Positions 19,917 through 31,018 of a stretch of 63,671 nt of DNA are shown one piece after another. Within the stretch, counting starts at the first letter, position 1. The number at the start of each line of letters is the position of its first letter. Source of the stretch: a virus (lineage: Duplodnaviria > Caudoviricetes); IMG/VR virus record IMGVR_UViG_3300023184_002538, positions 1 to 63,671 of that record. One strand, given 5' to 3'. The notes under the pieces were generated by a model, which saw only the letters and a program-made list of their open reading frames with translations, was not told the DNA's origin and made no database searches. Made by a program: the position numbers and the translations under genes.

Positions 19917-20833
19917 GATAGTATATAAGGACTTATATCAAATCCGTTGTTAGACATTAATTTTAAATTATTTTTGTGCCAGTCAATTAACTTATCATGA
20001 AACTCATTTGACTCAATATCAAACATATCTTCTAGATATCCTTTATTAAACAGTTTGCTGAATTCGATAATGTTAACTTGATTTTTTAATTTAGGTTCAT
20101 AAAAATTATAATAATCTAAAAAGGAATTATCTACATGATTATATTTCTTAAATAGTTGCAATGCATCTTCAATAAAAATATCAGAAAATGGAATGTTTGT
20201 TGCTGCTATAATTTCAGCATGTACATTAGAAATTGATATGATGTTATTTTTAACTGCCCAATCTATAGAATCAAGCAATCTAGTATGTGCTTTTAAATTA
20301 TTAATAGAAGTGTCTATTTCATATTTAAAAACATCTTCTATTTCTTTTCTCGAAGTACATTGATACGTTTTGTTTGTTTTTAAAAATAATAATATCTCTC
20401 TATAATTATACCAATCAGGAGTATCTACTAAAATCATATGAGTATTCTGTTTATTGAAATATGAGTTTCTTGAAAGGTGTGTTCGAACTATAGGAATAGC
20501 ATCATCAATGAGTAAGAAAGATATTGCATCATCAGTTGATTGTTTTATATCAATACATTTAATTTTGTGAAGTCTTTCAATATCTGATATGAAATCATCT
20601 AAATTATTAGTTTTGGTCTTAACCATTGACACCATTTGATAAAAGATTGGTAATGTCAAATGAGTTCTATTTAATGATGTAGTTGATTTTTGAGATTGGG
20701 CGATCTTTCTAAATTTACTAGAATATTCTGATATATTATCAGTTAGAAATTCGCCGCCGGATCCGCCCCTATACATTAGATAGTATTGGGGATAATTTAA
20801 CAGCACATTGCGAATTAATTCAAAATTGTTCAT
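19913..20833 (-). CDS. Hypothetical protein with N-terminal Gly-rich loop
   Basis: LMYRGGSGGEFL. Confidence 0.6.
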   Translation of the reverse strand: MNNFELIRNVLLNYPQYYLMYRGGSGGEFLTDNISEYSSKFRKIAQSQKSTTSLNRTHLTLPIFYQMVSMVKTKTNNLDDFISDIERLHKIKCIDIKQSTDDAISFLLIDDAIPIVRTHLSRNSYFNKQNTHMILVDTPDWYNYREILLFLKTNKTYQCTSRKEIEDVFKYEIDTSINNLKAHTRLLDSIDWAVKNNIISISNVHAEIIAATNIPFSDIFIEDALQLFKKYNHVDNSFLDYYNFYEPKLKNQVNIIEFSKLFNKGYLEDMFDIESNEFHDKLIDWHKNNLKLMSNNGFDISPYILS

Positions 20834-21510
20834 ATCCTATAACGGTATTGTATTGGTATGTTAAATCCCCAATGTCTCTCCTGACACCACCAACAGGTAT
20901 TACAACGGAATTCTTTTAGGTCAGTGCATGATCTAGTCATTAGCAGTATCCGTGCAGTGATCCGCTTTTGATTAGATATTTCACATACTCCCTGTTTATT
21001 AATTCCTGCAAATGGTCGTATTCTAAGCAATCCTCCGTGAGATACTTTTGTTTTTGGTATGTACACTTCTCTAAATTCTTCAGCAGGAACATGATGTTTG
21101 TTTGGATGTATAAAATTAAATGTGCTATCGGGATTCCTAGTTACGCCTTCAATATAGGCTTGTATCTCTCCTTTTTGATACATATCCAATATAATCTTAT
21201 CCGCGGTAGGTGCTTTAAAATCGCCTCCAAGAGATATAGATTTACAAATTTGTTCTATGAATACTGTAGGGAATCGTTTTCTTACAAAATTAACAACAAG
21301 GGTTGCTGTATGTGCTGCTACTGAATCACTCTTGTTGGAAATAGTAATCGGGTATAATTTTACATCTAATTTTTCAACAGTTACATATTCAGCCAAACAG
21401 TAGAATAATGTTGCACTGTCAGCACCACCTGATAAAGAAACTGCAACTCCAGTGTATCCTTTTAAATCAAATTCTATTGTGTCCTGGGATGTTACGATTT
21501 TGTAAGTCAT
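20830..21510 (-). CDS. QueC-like PP-loop ATPase
   Basis: LSGGADSA, RPF...NK, TRSC...CNTCWWCQER. Confidence 0.75.
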   Translation of the reverse strand: MTYKIVTSQDTIEFDLKGYTGVAVSLSGGADSATLFYCLAEYVTVEKLDVKLYPITISNKSDSVAAHTATLVVNFVRKRFPTVFIEQICKSISLGGDFKAPTADKIILDMYQKGEIQAYIEGVTRNPDSTFNFIHPNKHHVPAEEFREVYIPKTKVSHGGLLRIRPFAGINKQGVCEISNQKRITARILLMTRSCTDLKEFRCNTCWWCQERHWGFNIPIQYRYRI

Positions 21511-22669
21511 GTACTAATTCCTTATACTTTTCTTCTTTATACTTTATTTGCCTTAAATCCATAGGATCAGTACATCTTTCTTTTTGACATATAACAGGGG
21601 TGTTTGGCAAACTTACAGTATTGTCTAACGTGTAAATGTTGGCTAATGGACCGCCTTGAAAGCAATTGGCTATAAAAATATCACCATTAGGAGCAACCTT
21701 TAAAAGTGTAACTCCTGCATAACAAGTCCATCCTTTAAAATTAGTCTTGTATTCGTAATTTAGACTATTGTAATGGAAGTCTTCTTTAATTATATTTCCA
21801 TCCTCGTTTTCAACAAACCCCTCTAACCATTTTCTTTCTGTATTTATAGTAGCATATAACTCTTGCAATACTTTTCGATCGTTGTCATCATACCAACGTT
21901 CTTCTCGAGACACTACTTCTGTAAATGTTTTATGATTATCTTGATTTGGAGATACTTTGGTTGTTTCATTTACATCTGTTTTGGTACGCTTTAATTTCCA
22001 ACTATAACTACCATCTGCATTTTGAATTTTATTTTCTTCTACAAAGAATTCAGACTGCGGTCTAATTACCCTATGCTCAATTTTTTCAATTCCATAATTT
22101 TTAAATAACTCTGTTATGTCTTTAATCTCTTTACCAAAGCCCGGTAAAACCATAAATCGTACTACTAAACGTTTTGGTTGTATTTGATCTAAGTCCCATC
22201 CTAATTTATCATCAGGGATAGAACTATTCCAATTTTTACGCCACATTTCAAGTTGTAGTGCTTTATCTGTATATTCTGTCAACCTAGGAGTAATGTGTTC
22301 AAAATGTAGACTGTATGTTATATTATCAACCAATGCATACATTCTCTGCATATATTCTATTGGCCTGCTGCCATTTGTGCATACACTTATCTCATGTTTC
22401 TTATCTTGCAGATATTCTAGTAATTGTATGAAGTCGGGATTAAGAGTAGGTTCGCCGCCGGTTAAACTCCAATGTATATTTGTGCCATATCGTTCTACTA
22501 TCTTGTCTACAAAAATTTTCATCTTATCAAACGGAACATGTGCGGAATAATTATCATGAATAAAGTCAGCACAATAACTGCAACTAAAATTACATCTTTT
22601 ACCTATGTACCAATCAATCATCATAGTATTAAGATGATTATGCTTATATTTTGTAGCAACTAATTTCAT
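21467..22669 (-). CDS. Radical SAM protein with C-terminal Cys-rich domain
   Basis: CNFSCSYC, LTGGEP, TNG, WTCYAG...NC...IC...RC. Confidence 0.88.
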   Translation of the reverse strand: MKLVATKYKHNHLNTMMIDWYIGKRCNFSCSYCADFIHDNYSAHVPFDKMKIFVDKIVERYGTNIHWSLTGGEPTLNPDFIQLLEYLQDKKHEISVCTNGSRPIEYMQRMYALVDNITYSLHFEHITPRLTEYTDKALQLEMWRKNWNSSIPDDKLGWDLDQIQPKRLVVRFMVLPGFGKEIKDITELFKNYGIEKIEHRVIRPQSEFFVEENKIQNADGSYSWKLKRTKTDVNETTKVSPNQDNHKTFTEVVSREERWYDDNDRKVLQELYATINTERKWLEGFVENEDGNIIKEDFHYNSLNYEYKTNFKGWTCYAGVTLLKVAPNGDIFIANCFQGGPLANIYTLDNTVSLPNTPVICQKERCTDPMDLRQIKYKEEKYKELVHDLQNRNIPGHNRI

Positions 22670-23955
22670 ACAAACATTTCTGTTAAATGTGGAAATGTAA
22701 TTGACACATTTTGATTTCTTTTCTTATCTAATACCTTGGTATATTCTATAAACTCATCATAACTACCTGTTTGGGGAAGTTGAGTACTTTTCAATGCATT
22801 TATTAAATTTAATATTGATTCATTAGTTTGCTGATCAGATGTACCTATCAACGGTATTAGTTTATCAACTGCCTTTAGGCGCAGATGCATAGGAACATGT
22901 TCTATTCTAACTAAATTTGGATTAACTACAGTATCCATACGCCATGACACATTTTTTATATTGTTAATGTCTACATAATTAATAAACCAATTAATTAGTC
23001 TATGCATGGTACAACTATTATATGCCATAACACTGCTAGTTATCCATTTGCTCCAATGACTGCCTAAGCGATTTAATAATTTTAAATTACGTTCAATAAC
23101 ATCCCAATTACTGCCGTATCTTATATATTCGTTTTCTTCAGCATATGCGTCTATACTAACTCCTATCCATCCACTTTTAAATTGGTCCCATAGATCTACA
23201 TGTCTTTCAGTTAAATTATGTATGTTTGTATGCACGTGAATATGCATATGTTTACTATGTCCCGACTCTACTACTCTTTCAACCAGGTTCCATAATGTTT
23301 TATCAGCAGTAGGTTCTCCACCGTGTAGTTCTAGATACTTTATATCTGATATGTTTTTCCAAAATTGATCTAAAAAATATTTGCTATTTCCAATATATCC
23401 ATGATTGTTGTATTGAATAATTGCAGAATCTACATTCTGCTTAACTGATACAGGTAATTCGTTTTTAAATTTTGCAAACTCATTTCGCATTTTGCTACTA
23501 GTTTGAGGAATACACATCCGACACGATTGATTACATATACTGCTTAATCGTAGTTCCCACCAAACTGGCATTGTAGACATTATACCGTTATTAGCAGCGG
23601 CTTCTTCAACTAGGTGTTTGTTATCACTATAGTAAGAGTCGATCACTGCTTGGCGCTTGCTTGTTACTCCCATCGCGTCTTCTTGATAGCATGTTTCGCA
23701 GAATTTTATATATTCGTTGTTAATTTTTTTCATCCTGAAGTCCTGCATAAATCTACTGTTCCATACGCTTTCAACTGTATCTTTAGTTAGGTTACATGCA
23801 GGGGAGGTAGATGATAATATTGTTTCTACAGTTGAGTTTTGTTTAATTCCGGGCATACCCATTACTTGGCTACAAGGTTTAACTTGTCCATTAGGGCGTG
23901 TGTTTAATGTAATAAAAGGCATTAAACAAAATTTTGAATTTTTATTATATTCCAT
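22666..23955 (-). CDS. Radical SAM protein with N-terminal SPASM/twitch-like domain
   Basis: FCLMPF...KPC...CETCY; CNQSCRMC; HGGEP. Confidence 0.88.
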   Translation of the reverse strand: MEYNKNSKFCLMPFITLNTRPNGQVKPCSQVMGMPGIKQNSTVETILSSTSPACNLTKDTVESVWNSRFMQDFRMKKINNEYIKFCETCYQEDAMGVTSKRQAVIDSYYSDNKHLVEEAAANNGIMSTMPVWWELRLSSICNQSCRMCIPQTSSKMRNEFAKFKNELPVSVKQNVDSAIIQYNNHGYIGNSKYFLDQFWKNISDIKYLELHGGEPTADKTLWNLVERVVESGHSKHMHIHVHTNIHNLTERHVDLWDQFKSGWIGVSIDAYAEENEYIRYGSNWDVIERNLKLLNRLGSHWSKWITSSVMAYNSCTMHRLINWFINYVDINNIKNVSWRMDTVVNPNLVRIEHVPMHLRLKAVDKLIPLIGTSDQQTNESILNLINALKSTQLPQTGSYDEFIEYTKVLDKKRNQNVSITFPHLTEMFV

Positions 23956-25391
23956 TAATAAGGCCCTACCGGAAGTGTCCTCCAAGGAACTGTTGCTTCG
24001 TATAACTCAGGGCATACTAATTTCCAATCTGTTTCTCTAAGTTGATCTAGTTTATCTAAAAAATGTATCATGTCTGCTCTGTGCTTAATTAACTCTTCTG
24101 AAGTATAATTAATTTGATGCATAAATTGAATGTAAGTGTCAATTATCCTACAGGCATTTTCTACTTTTTCATTCCATGATGCACCATTACTATTTCCATA
24201 TAACAACTGATAGTCGGTAGTTCTTAATTTCTCTTTATATTGTTCATACCTTACTTTTAGTTTTTCTTTAAACTCATCTGGCAATATATTAATATTTAAA
24301 TATGCAGGACGATGTACTGGATGAGCACTAAGCATTAGCGGTGACGACTTCCAATACTCCTTAATGTTCCTATTATTGATTATTAGATATTCAACAAATT
24401 CTGGAAATTGCCATACATTTAAAACTTGTACGGTACAGGTAACATGTAAACTAAAATTACCTTCAGCATTTGAAAACTTCTTATAATTCTCCTCAGTCTT
24501 CCACCATTTGCTAGGATATCTAATTAAATTATTAACATCTCCCATTCCGTCGATACTTGCTCCTATTATTATCAACTTAAAATGTTTCCACATGTTCCAT
24601 GCTTTAGTTGGAATATTTGTTATGTTAGTATTATATTCAATAGTTAAGTTTTTTGCATGTCCTTTGTCTATACACTTTTGTAAAAATTCATAATGAGAAT
24701 CAATTATAAGGGGCTCCCCTCCTACAATGTATACTTTCCTAAATTGACTTATATATTTTTCTATTTCTGTCCATAGATTAATATCATCACTCCAGTCAAA
24801 CGTATTAGTAGTAGTTTTGTAATCTCCATTTTCATTTTTTGTTAATTCAATTTTTCGATTAACATTTATAGAAAATCTTCTAGTGTTCCAAATACTTACA
24901 TAATCATTGTACCATTGATTAGAGTCTGCAGGAGAACACATAGTACATTTAAGATTACATAAATTTCCAAACCTAATATCTAAATATGTTAATGGAAAAT
25001 CGGCATTGCTGATAGTACCATCTGCTTGAGTTAGTCTTACTGCTTTATCATATGTAACATAAGACTCTGGTTCAACAATGACAGCAAGTGTATCCCGTTC
25101 ATATATGTTTCTAGACTTCATTCCGCTTTCAGATTCTCGCTTACAGCGAATACATACATCGGGCCATTTGCCTTCTAACATATCTTTTCGAACTGACTTT
25201 AATAAATCATTATTAATTACATCTTCAATTTTAGAAGTGGTAACATGAAGCGGGGTTGCATCTGCATCCAACAGGGTACCTTTATCATTACTAGAAGCAC
25301 TATGACAACATAGTTGGAAAGACCCGCTAGCCTTTATACTAGTATGCGTCCAGGGTAATGGGCACCACGATGTAGGTATTTTATTATTCAT
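23955..25391 (-). CDS. Radical SAM protein with N-terminal SPASM/twitch-like domain
   Basis: WCPLPW...LCC...CIRC; CNLKCTMC; VGGEP. Confidence 0.88.
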   Translation of the reverse strand: MNNKIPTSWCPLPWTHTSIKASGSFQLCCHSASSNDKGTLLDADATPLHVTTSKIEDVINNDLLKSVRKDMLEGKWPDVCIRCKRESESGMKSRNIYERDTLAVIVEPESYVTYDKAVRLTQADGTISNADFPLTYLDIRFGNLCNLKCTMCSPADSNQWYNDYVSIWNTRRFSINVNRKIELTKNENGDYKTTTNTFDWSDDINLWTEIEKYISQFRKVYIVGGEPLIIDSHYEFLQKCIDKGHAKNLTIEYNTNITNIPTKAWNMWKHFKLIIIGASIDGMGDVNNLIRYPSKWWKTEENYKKFSNAEGNFSLHVTCTVQVLNVWQFPEFVEYLIINNRNIKEYWKSSPLMLSAHPVHRPAYLNINILPDEFKEKLKVRYEQYKEKLRTTDYQLLYGNSNGASWNEKVENACRIIDTYIQFMHQINYTSEELIKHRADMIHFLDKLDQLRETDWKLVCPELYEATVPWRTLPVGPY

Positions 25392-26527
25392 CTTAACTCT
25401 GCAATTTCTGGATATATAATTTTCCAGTTGGTCTTTCTGCTAATATCTAAATCATCTAGATAATTAAAAAATGTATCTCTTTGACTAGGCCATAAATCAT
25501 TGTCTAGCATATAATTTATAAAAAACTCAACTCCTGGTACATCTTTTGTTCTATTGACTATTTGCTGTTTAAAAGATAATGGTAAATTTTGAACACTCAT
25601 GTGCGATGGAGAGTTAACAAAATCTCCTAATCTAAAATCCATATTTTTAAAATTGTCAGAACAATATTTGTATGTTTCTGCTAAGTGGAAAAAATTCATA
25701 TTATAACAAGTCCATGTTAGATATGCTCCGTTAAATGAGTCGTTTATATACCTTACATTTTTTTCTAATTTATTCCAGTTGGTAGGAAACCTTACAAACT
25801 CTGCTCTATTATGTATATCATCTAAACTTATACCAAGTTCAACATGTCTAAACTTTTTTAATTTTTCTATAACTTTAGGATAAAGCAATGTGCCATTTGA
25901 TACATAACATAGATCTATATTAAGTTTATCGTGTTCAATTAACCAATCTATTAATTGATTATGCTCTTTACTTGCAAACGGTTCTCCACCTAGTATATTC
26001 AGTTCTTCAATAGTGTCACAATTATCTCTTACATATTGCCACACTGTGCCTTTTTCAGATATCCACTTATTGTTAATTTTGTAATTTTGTGTGTTCTCGT
26101 ACTTGTCTAACAATAGTTTATCTTCATACCACTTACTACTGTTGCCAGTCCAACAGTGAACACATTTTAAATTGCATATATTGCCAACTCGTATGTCTAT
26201 CCTACTTGGTTTAATATCAGTACTGCCGTCTGCTGCTGTCTTAGTTTTGTAATGTTCAACATCAAATGAAACTATGTCATTTATTTGCATACGTTTACTG
26301 TAACCACCTAACTGTTCTTGAAGATAGCATTTGTCGCAGTTCTTATTCTTTACTCCTGCTAACATATCTAATCGCAATTGCTTATAGTAAACACTATTCC
26401 ATGCTTCGTCAATTGATATATCTTTTAAACTAGGATTATTATTATCGGGAGAACTACGTCCACAAGCCCTAATCCGTCCAAATGAATTCATGCCTAGACT
26501 GGACCATGCGTGAATGCAGGCTGTCAT
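25388..26527 (-). CDS. Radical SAM protein with N-terminal SPASM/twitch-like domain
   Basis: CIHAW...AC...CDKCY; CNLKCVHC; LGGEP. Confidence 0.88.
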   Translation of the reverse strand: MTACIHAWSSLGMNSFGRIRACGRSSPDNNNPSLKDISIDEAWNSVYYKQLRLDMLAGVKNKNCDKCYLQEQLGGYSKRMQINDIVSFDVEHYKTKTAADGSTDIKPSRIDIRVGNICNLKCVHCWTGNSSKWYEDKLLLDKYENTQNYKINNKWISEKGTVWQYVRDNCDTIEELNILGGEPFASKEHNQLIDWLIEHDKLNIDLCYVSNGTLLYPKVIEKLKKFRHVELGISLDDIHNRAEFVRFPTNWNKLEKNVRYINDSFNGAYLTWTCYNMNFFHLAETYKYCSDNFKNMDFRLGDFVNSPSHMSVQNLPLSFKQQIVNRTKDVPGVEFFINYMLDNDLWPSQRDTFFNYLDDLDISRKTNWKIIYPEIAELR

Positions 26528-27351
26528 TTAACTAGTGCTCGTAACAGTGGCCGTACACCGCAAGGCTTATCAACATCCCATGCTAAATGTATTGCTTTAG
26601 TTGGTTTTAAGTTATAGTCCCGGCATATTTGTTTATAAGCAGCACCATATTTGTTTTGCCAAAAATCTACACCAAACTTATCTATAAATTTAATTCCCAT
26701 CCAAACTAATATTTGAGTATTCATATTAAATTCATTTATGATACTAACGGGTCCTTTCCATCGTTGCTTACAATACCGCACACCTATTCTATTAGCACCC
26801 ATTCCTAATGCTTTGCTTAAACTAAATCCTACACTTTTAATACAAGGTTGATCAAAATTAAACACGATATCACGCGAGCAGCCAAACCAACAAGCATCAA
26901 TGTGTACATCGATATTCAATTTGTTACATTTAGATAATATTAAATCAGTATCAGGATGTATGTCTCCGTAATAAGGAAATGGCATACTCAATATTAAATT
27001 ATCTCCTGCTTGCAATGTGTTAACTGTACGCACAACAAGGTCATCACCATACAATCTCCAATGGTATCTATACTCGTGTTCTAACACACATACATTTGAT
27101 TTCATTTGATGAATGTCGTCTATAAATTGTGTTACTCCTGCAACGATATCTCTATCAGGAAACTTTTCTAGACCTGTTGCCTGATTTAATTTGCTAGATA
27201 TTATCCAGTTGTGAAACTTATCCTTAAACTCAATCCATAGCATATCTGGATTGTCTGCAAAATTATTTGACGTAATCAATTCAGCAATGTACGTATGTAC
27301 TTCGGAGTCATACATACTTTGTGGTCTATCATACTGAATTAGTTCTCGCAT
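26524..27351 (-). CDS. PLP-dependent (fold type I-like) enzyme, paralog of 16110-16889
   Basis: HIDACWFG and FSLSKALG...RIG. Confidence 0.68.
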   Translation of the reverse strand: MRELIQYDRPQSMYDSEVHTYIAELITSNNFADNPDMLWIEFKDKFHNWIISSKLNQATGLEKFPDRDIVAGVTQFIDDIHQMKSNVCVLEHEYRYHWRLYGDDLVVRTVNTLQAGDNLILSMPFPYYGDIHPDTDLILSKCNKLNIDVHIDACWFGCSRDIVFNFDQPCIKSVGFSLSKALGMGANRIGVRYCKQRWKGPVSIINEFNMNTQILVWMGIKFIDKFGVDFWQNKYGAAYKQICRDYNLKPTKAIHLAWDVDKPCGVRPLLRALVK

Positions 27352-28763
27352 TATAATATATCTTTAAAAATAGGAAATGCTTTTGAAAACTTATCAGTCC
27401 ATCCACGTTGTTTGTTTACAAGATGAATATATTCTTTTGTTTCGGGTAATCTAGCAGTCCAATCTTCCGAATTCATAAAATTAATAATACCTTTATATCT
27501 TTTAATACCGTAGGGAGCAGTCAACCATTGTTCTTTACTAATTCCTAATTCTTCTACACCTGTAAATTTTTGCCAATTGTCTTCCATCCAAGGATACAAC
27601 TCTTCTTGATATTTTAATGTTATTTGTTGTTTAATATCATGTGGTAATACTTTGACATTTAATTGTGGCGGCCAATAGGCAAAATGCATATTAATGCCGC
27701 CTGCACCAAACGGCCATTTATTGATTTTCTTAAATCCTTGTTGAACTTTCCATTTAAGAAACTCCGGGATATATGCTACATTAAGAGCCATTAATGTAGT
27801 GGCAGTAGTAACTTCAACTTGTGCTGCTGTATTATCTAATTTCCAGAATATCTCTTCTTGATGTTGCCAAACAGACGGATATCGTATATAGTCGTTCTGT
27901 TCCCCATATGCATCTATGCTGTAGTGAAAACGTACTCTTTTAAATTGTGCCCACAGATCAAATAGATCGTCACGCCATTCTACTGCATTAGAGTTGTATC
28001 TAAGTTCTATGTTTTTAGCATAGCCACGTTTAATACATTCCTCTAGCAAATCATAATGTTCTTCTATGATAAGACTTTCGCCGCCCGCAAAGTATAATTG
28101 ATACATGTTTGGAATTTGATCATACAAGTCATTCCAAAATGTAGGATTGTTCTTATGCCAGTTATAACTTGCACCGTGGTTCTTTCCTTTGTTTTCCCAC
28201 GCACTAGTTCCTTTTAAATTATCATTAACTATGTTTGGATATATGCTATTCCAATCTTTAATCCATCCTGAACTATCGTGGGGACTACACATAACACATG
28301 CCAGTTGGCATTTGGATCCCATACGCAGATCAATGTATCTAATTTTAGGAGGTATCTTCCCTGTGTCAGTTGTTTCTGCTACTAATTCATCAAGGTCGAA
28401 TCGATCTCCCCAATACTCTGTTTCCCAATTACGTTTACTAAGATGTCCTGCATCTTCTTCCTTGTAGCATTTTAAACAACTAGCAGGCTTTTCACCTCGT
28501 AACATGGTTGTACGCACATTACGCATATAACTAGAATTCCATGCTTCTTCTAGACTTGTATGATTAAAGTTTGCAGGAATGCCATCATCGTTCCTTACAA
28601 CTCCTACCTCACCGCCTCCCACTTTTATACTAGAATTTGGATCTTGTACTGAACTTGCATTGCTTGTGCAACAGGTACGCATTTTCCCATCGGGCCTACT
28701 ACTTAGATGCATCCATGGTAATGCACAAAATGTAGGAGATGGTAAAGGTTTTTTGTTAGACAT
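27351..28763 (-). CDS. Radical SAM protein with N-terminal SPASM/twitch-like domain
   Basis: FCALPW...TCC...CLKCY; CQLACVMC; AGGES. Confidence 0.88.
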   Translation of the reverse strand: MSNKKPLPSPTFCALPWMHLSSRPDGKMRTCCTSNASSVQDPNSSIKVGGGEVGVVRNDDGIPANFNHTSLEEAWNSSYMRNVRTTMLRGEKPASCLKCYKEEDAGHLSKRNWETEYWGDRFDLDELVAETTDTGKIPPKIRYIDLRMGSKCQLACVMCSPHDSSGWIKDWNSIYPNIVNDNLKGTSAWENKGKNHGASYNWHKNNPTFWNDLYDQIPNMYQLYFAGGESLIIEEHYDLLEECIKRGYAKNIELRYNSNAVEWRDDLFDLWAQFKRVRFHYSIDAYGEQNDYIRYPSVWQHQEEIFWKLDNTAAQVEVTTATTLMALNVAYIPEFLKWKVQQGFKKINKWPFGAGGINMHFAYWPPQLNVKVLPHDIKQQITLKYQEELYPWMEDNWQKFTGVEELGISKEQWLTAPYGIKRYKGIINFMNSEDWTARLPETKEYIHLVNKQRGWTDKFSKAFPIFKDIL

Positions 28764-29838
28764 ATTGTGATCCCACTACATCAAATTCTTTGCTACATTT
28801 CATAGCACACACTTTTAGTTTACCACTGGCACAATTAGGTTTGTTCCAACTATCTTCAATGTCATCAAATATTCCAGATGCAAATACATTTTCTAATCCA
28901 ATTAGTTTTGCATTAATAGAGTCTTTGCCGCCTGCCTTATCAATAAATTTCCAAATTTGTTCTACCTTAGGATCTTCTTGCCACCATTTATACATGCGGC
29001 CAGCAGTCCAACAGCACGGCAACACTAATCCTTCAGCACTTAGGTATAAACTATTTGTTTCTTTAACTTTACATTCTACAGGAACAACATCGTAATAATT
29101 TTCCATACTACCATACTTGTCAATAAGAGCACTTTGGCTCTTAAGGGCTGTATTTTGAAATTCAACTGAGGGTTTTTTAATTTCAATGGTACGTTGACCT
29201 TTTTTATTAACTGCTTGGTGTGATTCTTTTGGAGCAGAATTACTACCTGCAATAAATCTAGAACTTTTCTTTACAGTAAATTTTTCAAATCCCCACTGCA
29301 CTGATAGTTGTCTTGCTTCTTCTACTTGATGTTGATTAAAGTCAAATACTAAAAAATCCCATCGTGCTCTACCGCCTGCTTCAATAAATGAATGCATTGA
29401 TCTTTCAACAATTTTCCAGTTTACATTTTGTCTGTAAAGATGGTTAGTATCTTCTAAACCATCTACACTGAATATAACAGTGCCTTTTTTATTAATTACT
29501 GATGCTAACTCACTCCACCATTCTTTGTCTCTTGCACCTGCGTTAGTATTCATACTTAACCACATATTAGGGTTGTGTTTTCTAAAATACCTAAAAATTT
29601 CAAGGGTGTCACTAGCAACAATAGGATCTCCATAGTTACCGCATATCTGTAATGATGTTAATTGACTTACAAAGTTAGGAGAAAATATATTCTGTATATC
29701 ATCTAATGTTAACTCGTCTAAGTTAATGTGAGGATTTATATCTCCACCGTTTTTACTCCTATCGCACATACTACAGGCTGCTTGGCAACGCTGCGTAACT
29801 TCTAGATGTATCTGTTTTATATCATTTATTTTGTACAT
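28756..29838 (-). CDS. Radical SAM protein with C-terminal Cys-rich domain
   Basis: CQAACSMC, CGNYGDP, FSVDG, LPCCW, CAMKC. Confidence 0.88.
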   Translation of the reverse strand: MYKINDIKQIHLEVTQRCQAACSMCDRSKNGGDINPHINLDELTLDDIQNIFSPNFVSQLTSLQICGNYGDPIVASDTLEIFRYFRKHNPNMWLSMNTNAGARDKEWWSELASVINKKGTVIFSVDGLEDTNHLYRQNVNWKIVERSMHSFIEAGGRARWDFLVFDFNQHQVEEARQLSVQWGFEKFTVKKSSRFIAGSNSAPKESHQAVNKKGQRTIEIKKPSVEFQNTALKSQSALIDKYGSMENYYDVVPVECKVKETNSLYLSAEGLVLPCCWTAGRMYKWWQEDPKVEQIWKFIDKAGGKDSINAKLIGLENVFASGIFDDIEDSWNKPNCASGKLKVCAMKCSKEFDVVGSQYV

Positions 29839-29842
29839 ATCC

Positions 29843-31018
29843 TTATTTAAGGATGTGTTTGAGGTCGTATTGCAATTCAGGAACTTCATTCCAAATGTTA
29901 AATGACTTTTTCTTGTTTATCAAATTGGTATAATCAACAAACTGTCTTTGTAATTCAATATCCGGGTGTACTGGTAACTCTATGTAATCAATCAACTCTT
30001 TTAAGAAACGAGTTTTGTAGTTTAACTTTAATTTCCTAAGTCTTTGGGCTACTTTTAATCTACTTTCTAAAGGTACAATGCTGTTAACATTAAGTTGCGG
30101 AGGATTTATGCATATCTGTTTTAAATTTATCCACCAATTTGATTTAGAAAATTCTTCATCAAAGTCCAATAAAAACTCTGGCAACGTATACAGATTATAT
30201 GGCATTGTAACATGTACTAACGACCCGCCTGCATTTTGAAGCATTGACATTTGAGCAATATTGTCCTTAACTGTTTGATAACTACTAATCCTATCGTATC
30301 TTATCCAATCACTAATTTTATAACAACCATCAACACTAACTGAGAAGAACACATTTGGAAATTTTAAAAATGTTTTACTATATTTTTCAGTCCATAATGT
30401 TGCGTTAGTTACTATTTCTACACTTTGGCAATTTTTACTCAATAACCATTCTAACATATATTCAAAGTCTTTAAACGCAAATGGCTCGCCACCTTTAAAA
30501 GTGCAACGTTGAATTTCAATAAACATTTTATCCAATACATTGTCAATGTATCGACTTTTGAATCTAAAAGGTTTATATATATCTTGATTATTAATGCTAT
30601 GTAATATCCCCGTTGGATCTACTTTGGCCCATTTAGTACTATTTCTACTGCTGCACATAACACACCATAGATTACAAACATTGCCTAAATCAATATCTAT
30701 GTTAGTAGGTTTAGAATAATCCCAGTGATGCATACCAGCAGAATATCTTAATGCCTGTCGTTGACTAACAATATTCTTGTTTTCGTTAGATATACAATTT
30801 TTACATATGATGTTAGTTTTGCAATTTCCAGATTGTATTTCTACTTTGCTATCGATCCAAAGTTTACTATTAAAAAAATTACTCCAATCTATATTATCAT
30901 CTAAGTGGCATAATTTAGTAACGGTTCCACAGCAAACTTTTATATATCCTTGCGGATCGATATCTATGCCCATCTCCGGTGCTGGACAATATTTTTCTAA
31001 TACTAGTTGATTATACAT
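29843..31018 (-). CDS. Radical SAM protein with N-terminal SPASM/twitch-like domain
   Basis: YCPAP...VCC...CKNC; CNLWCVMC; KGGEP. Confidence 0.88.
   Translation of the reverse strand: MYNQLVLEKYCPAPEMGIDIDPQGYIKVCCGTVTKLCHLDDNIDWSNFFNSKLWIDSKVEIQSGNCKTNIICKNCISNENKNIVSQRQALRYSAGMHHWDYSKPTNIDIDLGNVCNLWCVMCSSRNSTKWAKVDPTGILHSINNQDIYKPFRFKSRYIDNVLDKMFIEIQRCTFKGGEPFAFKDFEYMLEWLLSKNCQSVEIVTNATLWTEKYSKTFLKFPNVFFSVSVDGCYKISDWIRYDRISSYQTVKDNIAQMSMLQNAGGSLVHVTMPYNLYTLPEFLLDFDEEFSKSNWWINLKQICINPPQLNVNSIVPLESRLKVAQRLRKLKLNYKTRFLKELIDYIELPVHPDIELQRQFVDYTNLINKKKSFNIWNEVPELQYDLKHILK

Noticed and set aside
16929-22669. Canonical 7-deazaguanine DNA modification (queC/queE) genes
   Set aside because: No FolE, QueD or DpdA in the window, and the rSAMs carry extra Cys domains unlike QueE, so gene symbols were withheld.
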